33,434 nt of DNA from contig RBZT01000800.1 of NCBI GenBank assembly GCA_003693705.1, positions 1-33,434 on the forward strand, read 5' to 3'. Positions 1 to 8,939 of this stretch are shown piece after piece. The notes under the pieces are model-generated. The model did not search any database. It was not told where the DNA came from and saw nothing but the letters and a program-made list of their open reading frames with translations. Each line of letters starts with the position of its first letter. Positions within the stretch are counted from its first letter, which is position 1. Made by a program: the position numbers and the translations under genes. The stretch is from Polymyxa betae A26-41 (lineage: Eukaryota; Protista; Endomyxa: Phytomyxea).

Positions 1-972
1 GACTTCCATTGAAGTCCCGTCCCCTATGATCACAGACTTAGTATCGGGTGCCCGCATGTTGACAAGATTCGTGCTGTCTCGTATCATGTGGGCCGTGCAT
101 CCGGAGTCAATCCACCATTTTGTCTTGTCTTTAGACTCCGTTGTAGTTGCCATGAAGGTTGCGTGGAGTTCTGCTTCGGGCGGCCCGTCATCCGATATGA
201 TTTCTCGGCAGTTGCGCGCGATGTGACCTGTTTTCCGACAGCGGTGGCAGGTGATGCCTATGCTCCTTCCGCCTTGTCGCTTTTTGTTGGGATAACGTTT
301 CCCATCTCTCTGGCCGCGAGCGGAGAACGCCGCGTCATTTCCGTCTTTCTCCTTATCGCCCCGGCGGGCGCTTCCTCCCGCACGTTTCTTGTGGTGCGCT
401 TCTTCAATCTCTGCCTCGTCGATCAGGAACTTGATGACTTCGTCCAAGTTTCTCTTGTTGTCGCCTCGTTCACACCGAATTGCCGCTGCTGCGTGCTTGA
501 GATAGTGCGGCAATTTGCTCAACACAAGGACGATAATGTCTTCTTCGTCCATGTCGGCGTTCATGGTCTCGAGCTGCTTCGTCATGCTCTTGACCTTATC
601 CAGAAATGCAGACATTGACGGGAAGTCTTTGAACTGCATGTTATCGAGCTCCCTCCTGCGACGTTGGATGTCGCTTCTCGACTTTCCTTCGTGATAGCTT
701 TTCAACTGGCTCCATGCTTCGCTCGGAGAACGCTTTCCGACGATCTTGATCTTCATGCTATCATCGATACACTTGACGAGCTGAGACATGGCCAGTTTGG
801 ATCTCTTCTTGAAGTCAGCCTGTTCGTTTGGGTTGTCTTCTTCCTTCTCAGTTCCTTCGAGGATGTCCATGACTCCATAGTTGTCGGCCGCTAGCAGGAA
901 CTCCCATGACCACATCAGCCAGTTGTCGTCGGACAGCTTGCTGCTCGTGAACTTCCCAGACGCCGATTGCAT
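1..972 (-). CDS. Ty1/copia retrotransposon gag-pol polyprotein, N-terminal part (gag, CCHC knuckle, aspartic protease); runs off the left edge
   Basis: The minus frame has no stop from 1050 to 1; it is absent from the ORF track because no stop falls in the window. It reads MQSASGKFTSSKLSDDNWLMWSWEFLL (copia gag N-terminus), CHRCRKTGHIARNC (zinc knuckle, 208-249) and WWIDSGCTAHM (copia-type protease, 85-117). An alternative in-frame ATG lies at 1050 within the PBS. Confidence 0.93.
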   Translation of the reverse strand, partial: MQSASGKFTSSKLSDDNWLMWSWEFLLAADNYGVMDILEGTEKEEDNPNEQADFKKRSKLAMSQLVKCIDDSMKIKIVGKRSPSEAWSQLKSYHEGKSRSDIQRRRRELDNMQFKDFPSMSAFLDKVKSMTKQLETMNADMDEEDIIVLVLSKLPHYLKHAAAAIRCERGDNKRNLDEVIKFLIDEAEIEEAHHKKRAGGSARRGDKEKDGNDAAFSARGQRDGKRYPNKKRQGGRSIGITCHRCRKTGHIARNCREIISDDGPPEAELHATFMATTTESKDKTKWWIDSGCTAHMIRDSTNLVNMRAPDTKSVIIGDGTSMEV

Positions 973-1040
973 TGTCGTCAAGGATATCAGTTCCTTGGTT
1001 TCCCGCGCTCGGGTGACGTTGAGTTGAACGTCTTCTGTTG

Positions 1041-1054
1041 CTGGGCCCATAACC
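1041..1054 (-). promoter_or_regulatory. Primer binding site of the copia element (half-tRNA iMet type)
   Basis: The minus strand reads GGTTATGGGCCCAG just upstream of gag, the motif typical of copia/hemivirus elements primed by a cleaved initiator tRNA-Met. Confidence 0.85.
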
Positions 1055-1056
1055 TA

Positions 1057-1269
1057 TATGAAGAGTCAATTTATATTCGTGTAGAAAACGCCGCATGGGC
1101 GGATTGGGCGGTTTGGGCTCACTGGCAAATGGGAGATGGTCAGTGAGCCCCTTGCCCAAATTAGACTGCCTGACTGTTGCTTCTCTTGGCGATGCAGTCA
1201 GGGCGGCGGGTTTCTGAGTCGGGTGAGTCTGCGGAATTGCCGGAGGCTGCGCCGGCGTCTCCTACAATA
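1057..1269 (-). mobile_element. Probable 5' LTR of the copia element (boundaries approximate)
   Basis: Lies directly upstream of the PBS. The minus strand starts TATTGTAGG.. and ends ..CTTCATA. The outer boundary coincides with the start of an unrelated local repeat. The second LTR is outside the window, so the ends cannot be confirmed. Confidence 0.55.
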
Positions 1270-1351
1270 GCTACTGGACTGGATCGGATGGGATCTTTCT
1301 GGTTCGTGTTGCTACAGGCGGTGCTGCACATAGCCTGATCATAATTATCAA
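1268..1351 (+). repeat. ~80-bp diverged direct repeat, copy 1 (copy 2 at 2138-2217)
   Basis: tagctactggactggatcgg..gctacaggcggtgctgcacatagcctgatcataattatcaag aligns with tagctattggactggatcgg..gctacaggcggcgctgcacatagtctgatcataattatcaag. Confidence 0.85.
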
Positions 1352-1590
1352 GGTCAGGAGCTCACTCTAAAATAGTTTGCTGCCTGAGCAAAGGCATTCT
1401 AACCACGTCATACTCCTGCAATTGAGACGAGTGTGTCAGTGTCGCAGCTCATCTTCAAAAATATTATTAGAGCGAGATACATGGGGAGTTGGGGTTTCTG
1501 ACTGTACGCACTCCGCAAAGTCCGAAATTCCTTTCCTCCTCGATCCATTTGGGTTCGTCACGCCATTCTAGTTTCGGTCTTGATCCTACC

Positions 1591-1869
1591 ATGTCCCCAA
1601 CAATCTCTCTCACGATTCTGCTCGTTCTGGTGATGGTCTTCTCTCAGATCATGATCCCTACTCTGTAAGTATTTCTCCTCATCCATAGTCGCCACTCTCA
1701 CCATTTCTATGATAGAGGGTATTTTGGTGGTGCAGCAGCTGCTGCCGCTACTCAACAGGCTCAAAATGGTGGATCTTATTACTACTCAGATGCATCTGAA
1801 ATCAAGACGAACGCTGTCGCTGGTCTCGTTGCTGCTCTCGCCGCCTTTTACTTCAACAACGTCCAGTAA
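1591..1869 (+). CDS. Small secreted, probably GPI-anchored peptide, 75 aa; exons 1591-1664 and 1716-1869
   Basis: cctaccATG start and a 51-nt intron GTAAGT..ctcac..ATAG with a phase-2 join. Product MSPTISLTILLVLVMVFSQIMIPTLG-YFGGAAAAAATQQAQNGGSYYYSDASEIKTNAVAGLVAALAAFYFNNVQ*: hydrophobic N-terminus, small-residue omega-like SDA and hydrophobic C-terminus. AATAAA at 1884-1889. Confidence 0.75.
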
Positions 1870-2137
1870 ACAACTTGATCAGCAATAAACTGAACAACCC
1901 TACTACAATGTGTGCAATGATTAAGAGTACAGTCTTGTACGCCTGAAGGATTCGTTGATTGCAATCGTTCGCAAAAGCTGTTTATATTTTGTTGCTGAAT
2001 ATCATTCCTCTCGAAGCTACATAAAGGTTTTCCTGCCTTTTGTAAAGGTTGCAGTTTGAGCAAAGACATTGTAACCTCATTCCTCTCTTGTTGCAAACAT
2101 GTTTATGTGACTAAAGTGAGGGGATTCCTCTGTACTA

Positions 2138-2217
2138 TAGCTATTGGACTGGATCGGTTCTTTCTGGTTCTTATCGCTACAGGCGGCGCTGCACATAGTC
2201 TGATCATAATTATCAAG
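2138..2217 (+). repeat. ~80-bp diverged direct repeat, copy 2
   Basis: Aligns by eye with 1268-1351. Confidence 0.85.
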
Positions 2218-3258
2218 ATTCGGACACCTCTCGACTCTATCAATTCCGGAACCTTTCCGTCTTCTCATGAGAACATTCATTATCCACAATATTGTTCATA
2301 ATCTTTCCCTAAACGATAATTTGTGCCTGGATTCAACATAGCCAAAGGTCGTGTCTGACTTTATACTGTTCCTCAATCGTGGGAATTTAGAAATTGCATT
2401 AACAGAGGGATGAGTGAGAGAGTGGCTTCTGTGTCCAGTCATTTACCTCCATGTCGCATTTGCGCTAATTTTCGTACTCATCTTCTCGTCGTGGTGGCGT
2501 ACTGGCACGAGTGTACGTGATACAATACATCTGTGTTCTTTCGATCTGCGTTTACATCAATTCGTGGTCTCGACTCCCTCGTCAAATATATGTTTCGCAT
2601 ATATTGATGATATGCATTTTCAAGGAATGGAATATATCTACGCTATTGAGGTCTTCTGATATTCAAGCTGTAGAGTAAACATGTTTCGAAAAAAATCAAG
2701 GCATTCTTGTGGGAGAATCGTTTCAGGAATATTGTGGACTCGGAGTCGATTAACTTCATCTCATTTATATTTGGGAGCTTTTGCAAAGTTCTTTCAGCTG
2801 GAAAGTAGGTCTGTTCAGAGATGGTGGTAAAAGATCGTGTCCGATCGTTGAGAGTTTCCCGATGCCGTCATTATGGATTCCGGCTCGATCTAGCACGAAA
2901 TGTGTAATAGCAATAGAAGAGCTGTTTACCATTTCAAGCGTATGATGCGTGAATACTACAGAATACTGGAAGTGTGCATTGCCGTAACTGGCTCTACATT
3001 GAGTGCTGATGAGATAATTTTCATGTCGTAAGGACAGTGGGTAGAGCTGAATTGTCCAGAACCACATTCATTTTCCCCCAAAACGGGTTTTGGTCATAAT
3101 CGCTAATACACGAGACAGAGTTGATGACTGTGTCGTTATACCAGATTTTATTATGTGGGCTGCTTTCGTTAGAGAGATAGAATGCTTTTCTCTTTGGTAA
3201 TTTTGATTTTGCAGTGTTCGCACTGTTTGACTTGTAGCTGCGTTATTGATGATTTCGA

Positions 3259-4009
3259 TAGGGTCGGGAAAATACTATTTTTTATTTATTTTTCGCTAAA
3301 CCCGAGAGGGAATTACTCTCTGGAAATTGTTGAATTCTACAAAAATCCATCAAATCAAATTACATTACAGATCATTCCTGAATTTTTTCCAAGCGACGGA
3401 ATTAATTCTTCTTCTCTTGTAACCGATGAGAATAAAGTATTCCTAAATATAAAAATTAATTCCCTATCCGAAACCTAACCCTAACGCAATCCGACCACTC
3501 TATCTGCCTTCGAGCCGTGCCCCCACGAAATTCCTTCAAAGTATGGATAGAAACGTCCATGAAGTTCGTGATGTATTCGACAAGGCCATCGAGGTTTTGA
3601 CTGTTTAGGCGAACAGTGCTCGGCGAAATCGTCCATAGTTTCCGATCCTCTGTTCGAAAGTGCTGTTTGCATGATCCTGCGACATCGAATCCTTGCTGAG
3701 TCGTTGCATTTGACTGCTCCTGAAGCAAGACGCGTGGTCATTGCGAGAAATAGCAATCGATAATGAATCAGTCCATCAAACAGGAAGCGAAAACGACGTT
3801 GATTAACCTTTGGGATCTGGCTCCACTCAGACCTACCAGAGCCCGAATAAGAATAGTTTTGAAATGTATTCCTTCCGTATCCATGAATAATTCCTTCTAT
3901 AATACAGCCTTCCCTGAATTATTCCCCCACTGGAAACCTCAAGAATAAATTATTCTCAGGAAGGAATAAGAATTATTGCTGACCAGGAATTATTGTTTCC
4001 CGACCCCTG
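3259..4009. mobile_element. Non-autonomous TIR element (hAT-like MITE), copy 1
   Basis: Termini tagggtcgggaaa / tttcccgacccctg are inverted repeats. Both subterminal regions match 31130-31783 in inverted orientation. Contains aaacctaaccctaa at 3471-3484. No clear TSD. Confidence 0.75.
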
Positions 4010-5914
4010 CTTTTTGGCGATCGCCCATTTCTGCTGTATCATTACTTAAATATGGCAGAATCAGGTTCGAGTGTCTTTTCCAAATATCATCCATAGTAGT
4101 ATACAGAGACTGAATGGAGCCTTTCGGTATCCCGCTCTTTTGATTCATTCTGGATATCTTAGACCGACTGATACCTGTAAGCGGTCAATCTTTTACAAAA
4201 ATTTCTTGGAACTTTGACAATACGCTTTTATGAGCTCATAAAATTTAGCATGAAAATGTTTGTTCCCAGCGCTAATGCAAGAATGATGGGCGAGCCTCAT
4301 AATCGCCTTTGGTGCAAAATGTGCAGGACGGTATTCGAATTGATGTGAATCAAACTTGACTCTGTGATCTCTCTAATACAAGTTTGAATCATAACAGCTA
4401 CCAATTTGGACCTGGGTTTTTTATTACATTTTCATGTGCATTTTCATCAGCTTGAACATTTTCGCTCTAATTCTTTCTTCACATTCTGATGGGTGAATTA
4501 GTTAACGGCTCTGAAACAGGAAGTAAGAGTCCCCAGGTAGATATTGAGGCGATGCCTCATTATAACCCACCGCGCCGCCCGTTGACAAAATCAACAAACT
4601 AGTAAATCCAATCCATCCTTCTTCACATTCTGCTAGATTTACTTGCTGCGTTATACTTAATGTTCAACTGCTTATAGTTTTAAAAGTATCATCCGGCGCT
4701 GGCCTGATAGAAGACCGAAAATGGCCAAATGCAGCAATCAAAGGGAATCAAATCGCCAAACATTCATCAAACAACTAGAAAATTACATATGTGGGCAGCA
4801 TTTTCTGAAGAATGAATTAAATGACGCGATTGGGGTGCGATCGTCATCATTGTTTAGACCAGATATTGCGATCTACAAATTTCTTGCCCGAAAGTGGGAG
4901 GGGCAATCCGGAGGCGCTTTGAACGTATCATCGCGATCATGATGATTGCCAAAATGGCTTAATCGGCGCTCTCTTATTATTGCATCTGTTAAGAGTGAGC
5001 ACGTCTCGTCCAGTGGAGTCCAGAACGCCACGTTGTTGCCGAATCTTTTTCATTTTGAGTTCTTTGCGCCTGAAGTTAAACATCATGTCGCTTCTATATG
5101 ACCGCCCTCGGGCGCAGTTGTGTTGTGTTTATTTGTGATAAGCGGACATTTGCGTAAAGAAATGTCCTTTGTTGCAACATGTGACGCACATATTGATTTG
5201 GATTCGATCTTTTGTACAGAAGGCTGTGCGATGGTTTTCACCACAGATTCCGCAGCGGAAGTAATTGCATTGGTTTTGTTGCTCGCAGCCAGTGGTCTTA
5301 GAAATCTTACATATATTGGAGACCCGTTCCTTCGGTTTAGCGACGGAGTAGAGTTTTTGGTATATTTGGATTTTACCTCAGGATAAAACATTCGAAGTTT
5401 CCTCTTTGCAGCTGAAGGTGAATTTGCAAGCATTGTTCGCGTGTACTTTGTTAATTTTCGATGGTTTTCCGGAGTGCGGATAGCACGGATTGTTGTGTCT
5501 GGAAAATCAAGCATGCATGATTCGAAAACCACAACTGTACGGTCATCGTTGGAATGGTGTGGTATGACTTTTGTGTCCGGAAATTCTTCCGCGACGCACT
5601 TGAGTTGAAGGAGTTGTCCTGCGAATGGTGGTTGTCAGATACGTGTTGAATGTTTGTATTGATTTTACCAGGCCTTAGTTCGGTCAGTATGATATCTCCG
5701 TTGGAAGGAACCATATTTTTAAAGTCGCATGTTTTGAGAAATTTTGTCGATTCACTCATTCAATTACAAACGACTGCGTCTTCAAATAGCGATTTTCCTT
5801 CTAACGTCCTGGCTTTGATGACGGTATGATAATTTTTTTCCGAGCGTTCGACATACGTGGGAATTAGGTTGTTATTGAGTGCTGAGAGAGTTAAGCGTTG
5901 AGTAGGCCTAGGCC

Positions 5915-6412
5915 TAGGGCTCCGATCGGTAGTCTCGGGTCCGGGTACCTGCCTACTACCGGTATTGTATCCGGAAAACCGGATACGATACCGGTATTAT
6001 CGGCTAAAGAAACACGAAATTGGAATAAAGGAGCGGAAACAACTTTTACTGTTCATTTTTTCAATGCACACTTGCCGAACAGTGATGACCTGAGCGTCTC
6101 TGGCTTCAAGGAGTATCTGCGAAGCTCGATCATATCTCGAACTCAGTTAAATATTCTTACAACCGCCACTGATGATCCATTAATGGAAAGAATGTCCTTG
6201 GGAACTTTGCTGAGGTTCGAAAAACTGCTTCGGATGAGGTTTCCAGAATTCCAAGGGATCGACTGCTGGATGCTATCAGCGCAAGCTCAGGTACTTATCC
6301 ATTTCATCCATTACCTGTTGCTCTGCTACAGTATGGGAGACTATAAATTTCGGTAGTTTTCGGTACCCGGTCGGATAGCTCCATAGTACCGGTATCCGGA
6401 GTCGCAGCCCTA
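5915..6412 (-). mobile_element. Internally deleted hAT DNA transposon
   Basis: TIR TAGGGCT..AGCCCTA with 8-bp TSD-like agtaggcc (5901-5908) / agtaggtc (6413-6420). The minus strand encodes a broken hAT C-terminal dimerisation domain: VDPLEFWK, then FSNLSKVPKDILSINGSSVAVVRIFN*VRDMIELRRYSLKPETLR. Confidence 0.85.
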
Positions 6413-6744
6413 AGTAGGTCAATTCGCGTGAATTTGATTCGTCGCGACTTTCTTCATTTGAAGTTGTATTCGTCATGGTAGAGAGAGAATCAACAAAATT
6501 GTCAAATGAACCGGGGACGAGTTTGCGCGTTTTGCGGATGCCGTGGCGGTGTTTATTTATATCTATGGTGGGTTTAATCCTATATTCATAATGGTTGGTA
6601 TTAATTTGATTACTAAATTCTATAAGAATCTTTGTTCGTTGTTGTGAAATAGTAAGGTAATTTTGTTTGCCAATGGGACATGTATTGGTATGCTTTGTGT
6701 GTATTAAGTGGCCGGGTGCGACCTGATGCCGCTGTTGCATTCTA

Positions 6745-7777
6745 CAGTGCGACTCATCTTAATTCTACATTGTTTCAATTCGATTTCAAATAAGGTGCGT
6801 ACGCACTTTTAGAAATTTGGCATTTTTACCGGACAATATACGTTGATTTCACAAATATACTTATTTATTATTACAACTATCAAATTTGCGTAGAATAAGA
6901 TCTCATTCAAAATTCGCACTGGAATTCGGCAATGACTCCTATACTTCTTAACGGCTTTCTCCACTTAATCTGGAGTTAACTTATTCCCTCCTGCATCGCA
7001 GACGCGATATGCGTCCATGTAGCGATAACACTTCCGAGCAAATTTTTGGATTTCCTGTACAGGGACACTTTTCAACGCCACGGGAACGACCTTTTGCAGA
7101 TCCTGGAAAGAGTAAGTATGTGCAGTTTTTTCTTGTGAAAGCCTGCAAGCTTCTGGATTTGGATCAAGAAGAAACGATGCGATCCACAGAACTGAGTTAC
7201 AATTGAGTTTCACAAACTGCGCGACTGTAAAATACTTTCGCGCTATTCAAAAGTAAAAGTGCGTTGCGCAGCTTTGTGCACCTTCCATTTCCTCCCATAC
7301 AAATTTCAAATGCTGCCAGTCTCATACAAACTTAAAGAGGGACTGTGAAGTAGGGATTTCGATTACAAAAACAATCTTTCTGTCTCGATGTTGTGGACGC
7401 TGAGATCTATTGATTTACAGAGGGTTTAGTGAGGTCGAACAATTTTTGGAACAGGAGATGACAATCTCTGTGGCTTCCTATCAACCGTGTAGAATTAAGA
7501 TGAGTCGTGTCGCGCGATCTCAAAGGTGACTAACTCAAGAAATCGGGTGTTTATATAAAACAAACCGATTCTAAAATAATCGGGGGTAGTTGGAGTTCGG
7601 GATCGGGAGCTGGTTCCGGGTCTTGACTTTGTCGGGTTAGTTTCCGTCGGAAGATGACGCTCGTTCCGGCCGCCTGGCGGCAGCTCGGGAGAGGCGGTCG
7701 GGAACGGGGCGAAGGAGTCGTGGGCCGGTACGACCGGCGGGCTGCGCTGAGATAGGCTGCGCTCGACAGTCGCACTG
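6745..7777 (-). mobile_element. Deleted Tc1/mariner-IS630-like DNA transposon with 25-bp TIRs and TA target duplication
   Basis: TA+CAGTGCGACTCATCTTAATTCTACA on the left. The right TIR, TGTAGAATTAAGATGAGTCG (7488-7507) + CACTG (7773-7777) + TA, is a perfect match once the 7508-7772 insert is removed. A transposase C-terminal remnant YSFQDLQKVVPVALKSVPVQEIQKFARKCYRYMDAYR..KKYRSH lies at ~6930-7120. Confidence 0.88.
7508..7768. mobile_element. Solo LTR (261 bp) inserted in the Tc1-like right TIR
   Basis: Ends TGTCGCGCG..CGCTCGACA (TG..CA, 8/9 inverted match), flanked by a 4-bp duplication GTCG (7504-7507 and 7769-7772). Confidence 0.8.
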
Positions 7778-8339
7778 TACTACGTTTTGTTGGATTGTGT
7801 CTTGCAGATTTCATATATTCGGGGTTATTTAAGACGACGTTTCTGTTAGTATATAATGAATTGAATGGTATTTGATTTTGATTGTTTTCAGTTTTGTTAA
7901 ATTTGTTGTGGTAAAATTTGTTGTGTGAAAATTCGTGTGGTAAATTCGTTGAGTCCGGGATGTGTGCCATAAATGACTATGCACATGATCCACAAACTGC
8001 AGAGACAGTACTGGAACGTACTGCTCTGTGAGATGAAGTTGAGTGAGCGCAATGCCCGCTCAACCCCGACCGTCGCCACAGCGTCACTGCGGGGTCCCCA
8101 TGGGCCCGCTCTGCTGATTCATGCGGGTCGGTAGGGAGAGGTCGTTGCTCTACACCATCTGACTCCAAGGTCACTCCTGCCTGCTCGACGACGACGACCC
8201 GAGGTCCTCGCCCTCTTGAGTGACCTTTACTTGGGAAGTTTTGAATAAAACTACGTTACCTTTAGAATGCAGCACTTAGGTCTTTGTGGTTTACAAAATG
8301 TATTCAATAGTAAGGCAATTGCTATAAAACGGTCCGCAG

Positions 8340-8930
8340 GTTAAAGTAAAATTAAAGTAAAACTTTTTTAAGCTCCCGACGCTGGCCAGCTCACCACGAG
8401 ATAAAGGACACAAATGCCTCCCACTGTAAGGAGGCTGCACCCCTGTTGTGACTCTAAGCCTGGCGAAACCATATGGGAGATTTGCGTACGCTTATATCAG
8501 CCCACTGGTTGCGTGCGTAGCAGGGTCGTTTACCGAATGGCCTCCAGATCGAAACGGTAGCGTGCTGAGAGCGTTGTGGCCTGCAGCACAGCCGCCAGAC
8601 TGAATCAGTCTGAGCTTGATCAGACAATCACGAAGTTGAAAGAATATTCTACTTTGCCGAGTGTTGCGGATCAATGCGTATTCTGTGGAAATGTATACCT
8701 GGACAAAATGTAAGATTTCAGACGGAATTCAAATTTGACAATGAATTGATTTGTGACTGATTGTTATCAGGTGTATGGTCAGGCATGCCGCATGCGTTTG
8801 GTAAGCACATGCCGAACTCAGAGGGTGAAAAATGCAAAACCGAAGCTGACGTCGCCGCCGGTTTGGTTCGGTAGGACTTCCCAAATCCGCACCACACGGG
8901 AAGCGGAAATGAGGCGGCATGTGTGAACGA
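8340..8930 (-). mobile_element. Possible 3' remnant of a different non-LTR retroelement
   Basis: Minus strand LHFSPSEFGMCLPNACGMP loosely recalls the L..EF...L..RLG.P segment of REL-endonuclease retroelements. A short tandem ttaaagtaaaa tail lies at 8341-8362. Weak, by eye only. Confidence 0.25.
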
Positions 8931-8939
8931 ATGGAAAGG

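Larger units (their letters stand above)
4060..7970 (-). mobile_element. Highly decayed LINE retrotransposon (gag-like ORF1 and RT remnant) interrupted by hAT and Tc1-like insertions
   Basis: ORF1 knuckles CGICGENHRTAFC and CVTCCNKGH lie at ~5140-5260. RT remnants at ~4080-4420 read HQFEYRPAHFAPKAIMRLAHH, FYELIKAY and GIPKGS, resembling the RT at 10190 and 15200. Removing 6745-7777 plus one TA joins the ORFs ..NPTKRS and RMQQRHQ.. in frame. Confidence 0.65.

Noticed and set aside
88-894. Plus-strand ORFs of 176 and 76 aa
   Set aside because: Antisense shadows in register with the copia gag on the minus strand.
2765-3067. VLDRAGIH as a DDE transposase motif
   Set aside because: Single short resemblance without the following PYSPDLNPIE-type motif.
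5898-6356. 152-aa plus-strand ORF
   Set aside because: Lies antisense to the hAT dimerisation-domain remnant inside the TIRs.
7974-8295. Second solo LTR (AATAAA followed by ..tttaca)
   Set aside because: No matching TG-start inverted terminus or TSD could be fixed.
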